Under the pieces are notes generated by a model that searched no databases, was not told where the DNA came from, and saw nothing but the letters and a program-made list of their open reading frames with translations. A program made the position numbers and the translations under genes. A stretch of 64,000 nucleotides of DNA from assembly GCA_030390025.1 (NCBI GenBank), contig CM059432.1, positions 57,042,001 through 57,106,000 on the forward strand, given 5' to 3'. Of the stretch, positions 12,541-25,118 are shown one piece after another (position 1 is the stretch's first letter; every line of letters starts with the position of its first letter). The stretch is from Squalus acanthias. Its lineage: Eukaryota.

Positions 12541-13291
12541 AACATAAGAACATAAGAAATAGGAGCAGGAGTAGACCAATCGGCCCCTCGAGCCTGCTCC
12601 GCCATTCAATAAGATCATGGCTGATCTGATCCAACCTCAACTCTAGCGAACACAAGAAGTACGAGCAGGACCCGGCCACTCAGCCCCTGGGCCCGCTTCG
12701 CCACCCACAGGGCCTTGACCGATCCGAACTCAAACTCATGTCCAATTTCCAGCCCGCTCCCCGTAACCCCTGATTCCCTTTACTTCTAGGAAATGGTCTA
12801 TTTCTGTTTTAAATTTATTTAATGAAGTAGCTTCCACAGCTTCCTGGGGTAGCAAATTCCACAGACCCACTACCCTCTGAGTGAAAAAGTTTTTCCTCAT
12901 CTCAGTTTTGAAAGAGGAGCCTCTTATTCTAAGATTATGTCCCCTAGTTCTAGTTTCACCCATCATTGGGAACATCCTCACTGCGTCCACCCGATCAAGC
13001 CCCTTCACAATCTTATATGTTTCAATAAGATCGCCTCTCATTCTTCTGAACTCCAATGAGTAGAGTCCCAATCTACTCAACCTCTCCTCGTATGTCCACC
13101 CCCTCATCCCCGGAATTAACCGAGTGAACCTTCTTTGTACTGCCTCGAGAGCAAGTATGTCTTTTCTTAAGTATGGACACCAAAACTGTATGCAGTACTC
13201 CAGGTGCGGTCTCACCAATACCCTATACAACTGCAGCAATACCTCCCTGTTTTTATATTCTATCCCCCTCGCAATAAAAGCCAACATTCCA
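12541..13291 (-). mobile_element. CR1 LINE, 5'-truncated, relatively young
   Basis: ORF 12736-13287 (LYRVLVRPHLEYCIQFW...FFTQRVVGLWN) is the CR1 ORF2 C-terminus; (TTCTTATG)n tail. Confidence 0.95.
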
Positions 13292-14300
13292 TTGGATGTT
13301 TATTTCAAAATCGCTTACTCAACTACTAATTCAAACAGATTGTGGCAATCTGTTTATTCTGTCTGGAGACACATACCTTGTGTTCCTTGGCACAATCCTT
13401 CCTTACACAAGAGAAGTTTAGTGATTAACTTACAATCTATATTTTTTCAATTCTTTATAAATAACCCATATTTTCTGACTACGGTGGTGGTGTATTATTT
13501 ATTGTAATACATTTATGAATTCTTATTATGTGGGTGGAGAGGAACTTGTTCAAAGCCAATCAAGGTAACTTTGTACAGCAGGGATCCCTACAATAGTGTT
13601 TCCCTCCACTCACATAATATAGCTCATGACATCTGCTGTTGTAAAGTACTTTGCATAATTTATAACGTGTAAGCATTTATCATTCATATAAATATTGGGA
13701 AAAGTTAGATTTAATCCTAACATGGAAATATCTAGACGTTTTTGCAATATCTGCAGGAATGTTCCAAAACAGAAGTCCTGTCCAGAAGTTAGAGACAGGG
13801 ATGCTTAATGCTTTGAGACTGGGGAATGTGGTCATGTTCTGAAAGACACTGGAAGCTGTACATGTACAATAAACTCACAGAATACCATCTACATATGGAA
13901 CTCTTGGCCACACAATGCTGCATCCACTATTCAAAATGATGACGTGCTGCAGTTTGAAGGGCTTTTTTAATTGTTGGGACCGTACAATGATTCAAAATAG
14001 GCTGACTTTGATCTACCCTGTGCAATAAATAGCATTCAGGAAAGACAGTTTTCAGAGCAGAGCAGACAGCTAGATGCTAACAATAGCAGCAATTGAAAAG
14101 CTATTTTTCAAGAATTTTACTTCTCTCAGTAACTACAGTTTATTAATCCATTGGTGAAAACAAAAGATTCATCAGAGCTTGTACAGAAGCCTATGGGTAT
14201 TTTAAGAAGAATTCTTTTGAACTTTTTGTCAAGGTAGTTTGTTCTGATCGGGTAATCAGTGAATATTGCCTATGATCCATTCAGATGTTATAAACAAGAT

Positions 14301-15087
14301 GGCAAAAATCTTCCTGGAAAAATAATGGCGATTTAACGATGCATGCCGTTATTCATGTGCAAATCGGCCAGCTAGTTCAGGGAAAGAAGAGCTATGCCGT
14401 GAGTTGTGAATCTCAAGAACTTGCTGGTCAATTTACCCGGTCCACTGTTGCACAAACGGCAGCTCACCCTCAACCTCCTCATTTTTAAGAACTTGCTGGA
14501 TTTGCACATTAATTGCCCATTAAACTCCACATAAAGTTGGGGCTCATATTGAACAGCGTCAGTACCCTTTTAATGGCATGATATTTGTTAATGCAATGCC
14601 AATCAATCTCCCTGGCCCTAAAAGGGAACAATTTAAACTGTTGAGTCTCATTCGTGCATGTAGTAAAATTCTTCTTAGAGATTTAAAAAATGTCACATTT
14701 ACATTTTTTAATTGTTTTCTTACTTTCCTTTCTGTCTCTTTTTCTCTGTCTCTTAATCCAATCTTTCTTTCCCTCTCTCTCTCTCTCTTTCTCTTTCTGT
14801 ACCTGATTTGACTCTAATTCACCCTCCTTCTCCATCGTTCCTCTGTTTCTTTCTCAATCCTTAAATCTCATTGGTTAAGGAGATAGACGGTTGGTCCCAT
14901 TATTCACTACTTCTCCATTGCCCTCGCTGCACCGTTAATTCACTCAGTCTCCATTGCTCTCGCTGCACCGTTATCAGCTCGCACTTCTAGCAAGCTCCGG
15001 GGAAAATTATATTCGAGCTGAAGAGTGCAGAAGAAGTCTCACTAATGGTGCACATGACGAGATGCGCCATTTCAGCAAGATTTGGCC
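14301..15087 (+). mobile_element. Harbinger-type MITE, second family, copy 1
   Basis: Ends GGCAAAAATCTT / CAAGATTTGGCC, flanks GAT/AAT; collinear with the element starting at 61607. Confidence 0.75.
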
Positions 15088-16189
15088 AATTATCTTTTGT
15101 TTTTATCCTGTAGAAATATACTGAAATGTTAGTTTCTCCTTCCAGCTGATGAAACAGTTTTGTTTATACTGTGGAATGTTTTCACCAACAAGAGAGAGAA
15201 AAATGTGGCAGTAATAGCAAGGGAATGATTTGACAGTAGCCCATTGGCCTCTTGCACCCCCCCCCCCTCCCGCCCCCCACTGCTCTTCCAGCTACTTTGC
15301 AATCAGTTTCAACAACGTATATACAGCGATATATGGCACTTCTGGATGAGTGTTACCCTAATGTAATAAAAAAACTAAAGCAAATATCTATATTCTCCAA
15401 CAATCACATACTGTCATTTCCCCCCCACCCCCCAAGTTCCTTTTCTGAACCTATGTTTCTATGAACCTTGCCGAAAAGAGCCATGTATAAGGTGGGTCCC
15501 ACTGAAGCTGTGTAGAGGTGGGAGGCAATGAAGCAATTGGGCTGTTAGGGTCATGATAATTTGCCATAACATCATCTATGCTGGCAGGGAACCTAACTTC
15601 AGTGTTATTCTAAATTGTTGTGTTTATAATGGGTAATGGGAGACATGTGGCCCAGAGGTTTTTTTTCCCCACCTTGTTACCATGATTTCATGGTTGCTGC
15701 TATAAATAACATACCATAAATTAATAAAATGTTGTTTGGAGTAAAGGTAGCATTACCCCACAACTTTGTAACCTTGCACTTGTGAAGTACACGTGCATCA
15801 TTGTTAGAAACTTTTAAGTTAACATTCTGTTTAATGCAACTGCAGCACTTTTTCATTTTAGTCTTTTTTGAGGTTCTAATAAAGATTAATTGCATCAGTG
15901 TTACTTATCTCAAGTGTATCAGTATGAACAATATGTTAATTAAATCCTCATGGTCTCTCTAGAATAGTCAATGCAGCAAACAATCTTGTGCTCGAATGTA
16001 TGTGTGTGTATATATTACATACACACAATCTTTGTTTGTTGTATTCCTTGAAATTCTGGCAAGCAACTTAATTTCATGTATATTGATAAATGGAGTGTTG
16101 CTTTTTTTGTTCATTCAAGTTGTAGCTAGGAACTGAACAATTAGAATGTGAAAATAGTATGTTTGCGTGAAATCTACTCAAATAACAGC

Positions 16190-16425
16190 AATTTAGAATT
16201 ATGTAGAATTTTACAGCACAGAAATAGGCCATTCGGCCCAACAGGTCTATGTCGGTGTTCATGCTCCACACAAGCCCTCTCGCACCTTACTTCATCTCAC
16301 CCTATTAACATATCCTTCCATTCCTTTCTCCCTCATGTACTTGCCTAGCTTCCCCTTAAATGCATCTATGCTACTCGTCTCAACCACTCCATGTGGTAGT
16401 GAGTTCTATATTCTCACCACTCTCT
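16190..16425 (-). mobile_element. CR1 LINE 3' end
   Basis: Near-copy of 18199-18425 (CACAGAAAYAGGCCATTCGGCC...TTCTCACCACTCTC). Confidence 0.9.
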
Positions 16426-18198
16426 TGAGTAACTTGTGCAAAAAGAAGTATAACAATTATACTGTCTATAATAATCAGAATAATAGAAAAGATATGATTT
16501 AAGCAACTGAGCCATTCTTTTCTTATTGACCATCTTAGTGATGTGAGCGCTAAGAAATTAGGATGAAACACAGTCTTTGGAGTTTGATGTCCAAGAGTCA
16601 ATATAAATAGCTTCAGTGGTGAAGACTGGACAGATTATTCCATCTAAACGAGCAAGGAGGGACAACATATTTGGTGAGAGTGGTTTAATGAGGGCTGCAT
16701 AAGCTGTCAAGTTGGTAGTATAAATCTATATGGATAGTTTAAAGGTAACAAAAAATACAATTTTCATGAATTTACTGCAGAAAAGAGAACCCTGTCTTCT
16801 GCTGTTTTCTTCTGCCCAGTTCGTTCATCCATTGTCCACCCAGCCATCCCTCCTTCTCTCTAACACTTAATTATGCATTTATTATCAATATGGTAATGAA
16901 ATTGTTAATTTGCATTTAATTCCACTTACCTTGCATAATATGAAGTCATAGAGTGAGGATTTGATGCAAAATGTAATTTGGTAGCTTAATTAGGGTACTA
17001 GCAATTAAGTGGCATTTTGCTTAATAGCACCTCCACGAGAAATGGATGTTTAACTAATACTATGGATTGCTGGATTATTTGGCAGTTTAAAGGTCATTTT
17101 ACAAGACTCTGCACTCAGCATGGAGCCTTGCTAGATGGATGCACAATTCACAGAATCAGCCCATATTATTGATCATTTTCATCCTATCCTTAAGAAAGTT
17201 ACCTTCTGTCAACTGGTCGGCTGCTCTTACATGGGTACATATTAAAGTTATGGAAACTTCCATTAACTCTTAAATTATCCATGACCTTGAAAATTCTAGC
17301 CTTATCCATGCTGCCAGTATGGCCTTGGTATGGCTGTTCCACTAGTAATCTTGCAACGTACCTCAAAAACTCTGCTCTTGAACACTTTAGTGAATCATTA
17401 TTGAGTTCCAGTTCTAATTAACTCATGAGATGTCAGTTCAACATATTACTTTATTAGTCAAAAGTCCATGCAAACTTAATTAGATACTATATTAATAGAC
17501 AAGAGTCTATCAGACCTAATCTAATGCAAGCTGTAATTAAGCAGGTAACTGCATACTCACGCTTGGGACACTCAGCTGGGTTCAGATGCTTCTCCTGTTC
17601 TCCCGAAGTGACAAGATTTCAAGAGCTTTTTCCATTCTTTATACCCATTTCATTGCTCACATACGGTCACATTTGTGACTTCTACAATTTACTTAAGACA
17701 GCAAGTTTCAGCTTGTGACCCTTGGATCATTAAGTTATAACTTTGTTGGACATTTTATGACCCTTAAGTTATCAAACAGATTACTGAACATGAACAATTA
17801 TAGGGGCTCTAACCTCATCAATATCCTGTTCCATCATCTAAAGTTATCATCCTTATAGACAGTTGACAACTATCTTTCACTACACATGTCTGTGCCAGAA
17901 TGCCTTCCTGGCAGCAAGTAAAGTAAGAAACTTGTGATTCCTGTTTGTTTGCCGAAGACGTTTTTATCCTGAGTTCTGGATTTCAGAAAGGCCAACTTTA
18001 TTTACCCATATTGCATCGTTTTATCGTACACATAATTCATGCATTATCCGTTCTGCTTTGATTTCAGTAAAAAAAAACTACAACAAATATCTATATTCTC
18101 CAACAATCACATACTGTCATTCCCTTGGACTTTGCCAGGGTCTGGCACTGTGAAATTCGAAACAAGTTAGCATCATACTGCCTCCCACCAAAGTTATG

Positions 18199-21100
18199 TT
18201 TACATAGGATACAGGCACAGAAACAGGCCATTCGGCCTAACCAGTCCATGCCGGCGTTTATGCTCCACTCGAGCCTCCTCCCGTCTTTCCTCATCTAACT
18301 CTATCAGCGTAACCCTCTATTCCTTTCTCCCTCATATGCTTATCTAGCCTCCCCTTAAATGTATCTCTACTATTCGCTTCAGCCACTTCCTGTGGTAGCG
18401 AGTTCCACATTCTCACCACTCTCTGGGTAAAGAAGTTTCTACTGAATTCCCTATTTGATTTCTTGGTGACTATCTTATCTTGACGGCCTCTAGTTTTGCT
18501 CTTCCCCACAAGTAGAAACACTCTGTGTGCGTGTGTGTGTGTGTGTACTCTATCAAAACCTTTCATCATTTTAAAGATCTCTATTAGGTCGCTGCTCAGC
18601 CTTCTCTTTTCAAGAGGAAAGAGACACATCCTGTTGATCCTTTCCTGATAGATGCAACCTTGCATTTCTGGTATCCTTGTAAATCTTTTTTGCACCCTCT
18701 CCAGTGCCTCTATATCCATTTTATAATATGGTGACCAGAATTGTACCCAGTACTCCCAAGTGTGGTCTAACCAAGGTTCGATACAAGTTTAGCATAACTT
18801 CTCCACTTTCCAATTCTATCCCTCTTGAAATAAACCCTAGTGCTTGGTTTGCTTTATTTATGAACTTATTAACCTGCGTTGCTACTTTTAGTGATTTGTG
18901 TATTTGTACTCCGAGATCCCTTTGCACTTCTATCCCATTTAGATTCTTATTTTCCAAGAATTATGTGACCTCCTCATTTTTCTTACCAAAATGTAATACC
19001 TCACATTTATCTGTGTTGAAATTCATTTGCCAATTATATGCCCATTCTGCAAGTTTATTCATGTCGTCTTGTAATTTGTTACAGTCCTCTTCAGTATTGA
19101 CAAACCTCCCCAATTTGGTGTCATCCGCAAATTTAGAAATTGTGTTTTTGATTCCAAAGTCTAAATCATTAATGTAAATTGTGAACATCATTGGTCCCAG
19201 CACTGATCCTTGTGGAATACCACTTTCCACCATCTGCCACTCTGAATAGCTACCCTTTACCCCTACTCTCTGCTTTCTGTCTTGAAGCCAGCTAGCTTTC
19301 CATTCTACTACTTGTCCCCTGACTCCGCATTCTCTGACCTTATTCATTAGTCTATTATGTGGTACCTTATTGAAGGCCTTATGGAGATCTAGATAAATTA
19401 CATCTGCATTACCCTTGTCTACTCTCTCTGTTACCTCTTCAAAGAATTCAGTGAGGTTGGTCAAGCAAGACTTTCCCTTTTGAAATCCATGCTGACTATT
19501 CATTTTTGGTTTCTAGATGTTCTTCCATATTCTCCTATAGTAGGGATTCCATTATTTTTCCTACCACCGATGTTAAGCTGACTGGTGTATAGTTCCCTGG
19601 ACATATTCTATCTCCCTTCTTAAATATAGGTATTATGTTAGCTATCCGCCAGTCCTCTGGCACTACACCTTTTTCTAACAAATTATTAAATATGTGTAGT
19701 AATGCCTCTGCTATCTCTTTTCTAGATTATCTTAAAATGCACAGATGTAATCCGTCCAGACCAGGGGTTTTATCCTCTTTGAGTTTGATTAGTTTATTTA
19801 ATATTTTTCCTCTTTTTATTTTAAATACAGTTATATCATTTCTAATCTCATCTTCCGATGTCATGTCCACCTGATCTGTCTCCCTGGTAAATACTGAAGT
19901 GAAGTAACTATTCTTTCTGCCATTTCGCTATTGCTGACTGTGATTTTATCTTGTCCATCCCTTAGTGGCCCTATTCCCATCTCAACTTTCCTTTTTTTAT
20001 GAATATGCCTGTAGAATATTTCACTATTTTGTATTATGTTCCTTGATAATTTAATTTCATAGTTCCTCTTTGCCTTCCTAATTGTTTTTTTGACTTCTCG
20101 CCTAATCTCTTAGTATTCTCCCTTGTCAGGCTCTCCTGTGCTGTCCATGTACTTAGTGTATGCCTCTTTCCTTATCTTCAATTTTTCCCTGATGACTTTA
20201 TTCATCCATGGTGTCTCATTAGTGTTTAGCTTGTTCTTTTTTAGCAGAATATATTTTTCCTGGACTCTGTTGAAAACCGTTTTAAATGTTTCCCATTGCT
20301 GTTCTACATCATTGTTTGCCAATATTGTCCATTTTATTCTCAGCCCTTCAAAATCAGCTTTTCTCTAATCTATTACCCTGGTCTTCGTCATACTTATGTC
20401 CTTCATAATTATTATCTTTTTATTCATTTCTGGAATGTGGGCATCATTGACAAGGCCAGCATTTGTTGCCCATTCCTAATTGCCCTTGAGAAGGTGGTAG
20501 TGAGCCGCCGCCTTGAACCGCTGCAGTCCGTGTGCTGAAGCTACTTCCATAATGCTGTTGGGGAGGGAGTTCCAGGACTTTGACCCAGTGACGATGAAGG
20601 AACGGCGATATATTTCCAAGTCAGGATAGCGTGTAACTTGGAGTGGAACTTGCAGGTGATGGTGTTCCCATGCACCTTTCTGCTCTTGTCCTTCTAGGTG
20701 GTAGAGGTCATGGGTTTAGGAGGTGCTGAAAAAGAAGCCTTGGCGAGTTGCTGCAGTGCATCTTGTAGATGGTTCACACTGCAGCCACGGTGCACCAGTG
20801 GTGGAGGAAGTGAATATTTAAGGTGGTAGATGGGGTGCCAATCAAGCAGGCTCCTTTGTCCTGGATGGTGTCGAGCTTCTTGAGTATTGTTGGAGCTGCA
20901 CTCATCCAGGCAAGTGGAGAGTATTCCATCACACTCCTGACTTGTGCCTAGTAGATGATGGAAAGGCTTTGAGGGGAGTCAGGAGGTGAGACACCCTCCT
21001 CAGAATACCCAGCCTCTGACCTGCTCTTTTGTAGCCACAGGATTTATGTGGCGGGTCCAGTTAAGTTACTGGTCATTGATGAAGCAGCTGAAGATGGTTG

Positions 21101-22790
21101 GGCCTAGGACACTGCCCTGAGGAACTCCTGCAGCAATGTCCTGAGGCTGAGATGATTCACCTCCAATAACCACAACCATCTTCCTTTGTGCTAGGTATGA
21201 CTCCAACCAGTGGAATGTTTTCCCCATGATTCCCATTGACTTCAATTTTACTAGGGCTCCTTGATGCCACACTCGATCAAATGCTACCTTGATGTCAAGG
21301 GCAGTCACTCTCACCTCGCCTCTGGAATTCAGCTCTTTTGTCCATGTTTGGACCAAGGCTGTAATGAGGTCTGGAGCCACGTGGTCCTGGCGGAACCCAT
21401 ACTGAGCATCGGTGAGTAGGTTATTGGTGAGTAAGTGGTGCTTGAGAGCACGGTTGACGACACATTCCATCACTTTGCTGATGATTGAGAGTAGGCTGTT
21501 GGGGCGGTAATTGGATTTGTCCTGCTTTTTGTGGACAGGACATACCTGGGCAGTTTTCCACATTGTCAGGTAGATGCCAATGTTGTAGCTGTACTGGAAC
21601 AGTTTGGCTAGAGGCACGGCTAGATCTGGAGCACAAATCTTCAGCACGACAGCCGGGATGTTGTTGCAGCCCACAGGCTTTGCTGTATCCAGTGCACTCA
21701 GCCGTTTCTTGATAGCATGTAGAGTGAATCGAATTGGCTGAAGACTGGCTTCTGTAATGGTGAGGACCTCAGGAAGAAACTGAGATGGATCATCCACTCG
21801 TCACTTCTAGCTGAAGTTGGTTGCAAATGCGTCAGCCTTGTCTTTTGCACTTACGTGCTGGGCTCTGCCATCATTGAGGATCGGGATATTCATAGATCCT
21901 CCTCCTCCCGTTAGTTGTTGAACTGTCGAATCTTAAAGCGTATTATATTATGGTCACTATTGCCTAGATGCTCCCCTACTTTTACTTCTCTTATCTGCTC
22001 TGGTTCATTCCCCATTACTAGATCCAGCAGCAAATCCTCCCTCGTCGGGCTTCTTCCATGTTGGGTTAGAAAGGGTCCTGTACACATTGCATGGACTCCA
22101 TTCCCTTATTCCCTTTACCTACCTCTTCTGGCCAATTAATTTCGGGGTAGTTGAAATCCCCCATGATTATTATTCTATGTTTTTTATTCATTTCCCTAAT
22201 TTGTTTGCATATTTCTTCCTCTGCCTCCCTTTCACTATTAACTGGTCTGTCGACTACCCCTAACAGTATGATTGATCCTTTATTATCTTTTATCTCTATC
22301 CACATGGATTCTATTTCTGTCTTACTGATAGCTGCGTCACTTTTTTCTACTGCCATTATGTTATCTCGAATAAGTACAGCCACTCCACCTCCCCCTTTTT
22401 CCTCTCTCTATTTTCTAAATATGTTATACCCTGCAATGTTTAATTCCCAGTCCTGATTTTTCTGTAGCCTTGTCTCCATAATCCCGACTATATCTGGTTC
22501 CTCGTAACGTATTATTGCCTCCAGTTACCCTGTTTTATTATGGACACTGTGTGCATTGCTGTACAGACAGTTTAACTCATTCTTAATAGCAGTTCCTCTC
22601 ACTTTGTTTTTAATCATCTTTTTACACTCCTGTTCTATAACTCTATTTATTCCCTTGCCATCTATGTTCTCCCTTAGTTTAGTCTGTCCTATGCTCTCCT
22701 TTCCTGTTTCTTTTATATTTAGGCTGGTTTCATTTCTTGTGGATCTCTCACCCCATCTTACTAGTTTACAGTCGGCTTCCTCTCAAATCA
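18199..22790 (-). mobile_element. CR1 LINE with nearly complete but disabled ORF2 (APE endonuclease + RT), interrupted by another LINE
   Basis: Endonuclease IIIMGDFNYP (22066-22383); RT QHGFQKGKSCLTNL, PQGSVLGP, KFADDTKL (18961-19503); C-terminus 18291-18957; multiple stops and frameshifts. Confidence 0.95.
20416..21927 (-). mobile_element. CR1-group LINE of a distinct family (type B), nested in the CR1 above
   Basis: ORF 21066-21797 (NYRP, LDIKVAFDRVWH, PQGSVLGPTIFSCFIND). The host reading SDHNIIRFKI|IIMKDI rejoins across it. Same family as 52275 and 54545. Confidence 0.9.
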
Positions 22791-23236
22791 TTCTGTCCAT
22801 GCTGTAGTTGGCTCATCCTGTGACTCTTTTTCCAAAACATAAGAGTTTCCCAGGACTTCATCCTATCTCTCACTCTGTTCCCTCTTCATATGAATAACCT
22901 CCATTAATAATCCAATCCCATATATTCTTTTGCTATTGACTCTACCGTGGACTAATCAATTGCCTACAACTTCCACACACTCAATTCTGACGACCTCCAG
23001 TCTTCTTGCAGAGCAGTGGCTGAATCACTATAAGTTGATCTTCACCATATATTTGAACAAAGCAATGAAACATTTTCAGTTCTTCAGAGACATAGAGCTA
23101 AAAATTCCGTGGTTCCACCAGAAATGCAATACAGCGGGACTTCTGGCTGCCTGCTGGAGAAGATGTTGACCCCCTATTCCAAATACTGTACAGAGTCAAT
23201 TTAATAATTTGCATGGGGTGGTGGGGTGGAGATCAT

Positions 23237-23981
23237 GGCCCGTATTTTCTGATCTGAGGCTTCCTGCGTGCGGAGGTCTCCGATCTCTCAAAATCTAAGA
23301 ACTTACCTGAGGGCTCCCGAGGTGTGTATACTTCCGTTCCTGGGCCTCTCCAAACTCGAAATGCGCGGGGCCCACGTATCTCAAAGGTGCAGCGGTTCGC
23401 AAGCGTCCCTGGGATCACGTGGGCCATGGGGAGCCAATAGGAGAAGGGAATCTCCCTTCATACACTTGACAGATAGACCTGTCAAATATATGAGTGGAGA
23501 ACACCCCAAAAACACAGTAAAACATTAAATACATTTTTAAAAAACCACCACTTTTTTTAAATGAGTTGAAATTACAATAAATTAAATATTTTAAACAAAA
23601 ATTTAATTTTTTGAAATAAATAATGAAAGTTTTTTACAGGCCTAAAAATAAACTTACCTTTTTTTAAAGTATTTTTAAATGATAAATGAGTGAAAAAAAT
23701 TTTTTTTTACTTTTTCAACTGTTATGCTGGTAAAAGCAGGCCTTATGCCTGCTTTGACCAGGCGTAAGAATTCTAAGGGTTTTCTGTGGGCGGAGGTTCT
23801 CCAGAAAGCGGAACTATCCGCCCGCAGAGGCTCTTCTCTAGGGCAGGCATCCGATCTGTCAAGAGCATTCTTGACCTATCGGAAATGCCGGTTTTCAGCA
23901 CATGTACTTCGCATGCCTGAAACCGGCATTTCCGATGTCCCTACGGGTGTACACACCCGTAGGCATCGGAAAATACGGCCC
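23237..23981 (+). mobile_element. Harbinger-type MITE, hairpin-rich family, copy C
   Basis: TIRs GGCCCGTATTTTC / GAAAATACGGCCC; exact TSD CAT (23234-23236, 23982-23984). Confidence 0.9.
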
Positions 23982-24382
23982 CATGTCTGTGCAGGTGCAA
24001 CAGAGGTATTCATCTCAAGGAAGTGCAGGAAAATTGGAGTGGTACCCTGCTGTTCTAATTAGAGGAGCCAGAGACCTTATGAAAACCAGTTCCTCCATTA
24101 CTGAAGGTAATCAATCCCCTCCAGTATCGATTAGCTTTCAGTCTTTACATTTCTGGGCATGTCTTCCACTGGTCCTAATGAGGGGAAACTGGGCAGATTT
24201 CCCCAGATAGCCTGTGAACACCCCCAGACATGCTTACCATTATTGGCTTCATCTTACTCCTTCTTTATCTATCAACATTCTTGATGTCACTATTTCCAAA
24301 TGGAACCACCACATCTCCATTGCTAGAGCCGCCTCAAAGAAGCTCGATATCCTCTTTTATGTTAAATGTTTTGTCAGAACTT

Positions 24383-24510
24383 AGTTCTGACCAAGGACCC
24401 ACACCTGAATCATTAACTTGCCCGATCTCTCTACAGATTCTGACTGACCTGTTTTCAGCATTTTCTGCTTTTGTTTCAGATTTTTAACTTCTGCCGATTT
24501 TTGCTTTTTG
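24383..24510 (+). mobile_element. Decayed Penelope-like terminal repeat
   Basis: AGTTCTGACC...CCTGAATCATTAACT...CAGCATTTTCTGCTTTTGTTTCAGATTT matches 47137-47236 and the reverse complement of 46522-46653. Confidence 0.75.
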
Positions 24511-25004
24511 TCTATAAAGCCTAAGTTGTGTGGAGACTCTTCTAGCATCTTTGTCACACTCCTGGACAGAGTACAAGAAAAAGTTTGTCCTCTGAGAGAC
24601 AATCCCTCTCTTACTTCCAGCCCCTATCTTTCCTTGTCAGAACCTTTCTAGTGTTTCTCCATTTTATCATAACTGTTATGGTAAATGCGCCTTTAAACTT
24701 TTCTCTCTCATTCCTGCAGCCTTTCCCTAACCCCTCTATGTTGAAATCAAGACTTGTCATGCAGTCTCCTCCTCTAAGTCATTCTTTATAGAATCTTAAA
24801 ACTATGGAGCTTGTTGCCTTTGTCAGCCTTTTCTCCTACAATCTTCAGGCTTTTAAACCACAACTTTGTCATCACCACTTTCTGCTTGACCTTTTAACGA
24901 TGCTTGTTTCCTGCACAATGGATCTTATCCTTCACCTGGACGTCTCAATAAGAAAGATTACTATTAAATAATCCTTGCTGTAACTGTTATATGCCAGCAT
25001 CTCG

Positions 25005-25118
25005 ATATGTTGATGGGGTTAGATGAAGAATGAAGGGTGGAGGCTCGTGCGGAGCATAAACACGGCATGGACCAGTTGGGCCGAATGGCTTGTTTCTGTG
25101 CTGTAAATACTTTGTAAT
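25005..25118 (+). mobile_element. CR1 3' tail fragment
   Basis: GGAGGCTCGTG.GGAGCATAAAC...GGCCGAATGGC.TGTTTCTGTGC is the reverse complement of 18210-18300. Confidence 0.85.

Noticed and set aside
13936..14005. Possible C/D box snoRNA (ATGATGA ... CTGA about 70 nt apart)
   Set aside because: The terminal stem is out of canonical register and I recognise no rRNA or snRNA guide. Such box pairs arise by chance in AT-rich DNA; a similar stemless pair lies at 56302-56363.
18524..18546. (TG)n tract; also poly-C runs and the pyrimidine tract at 27230-27350
   Set aside because: Ordinary simple repeats.
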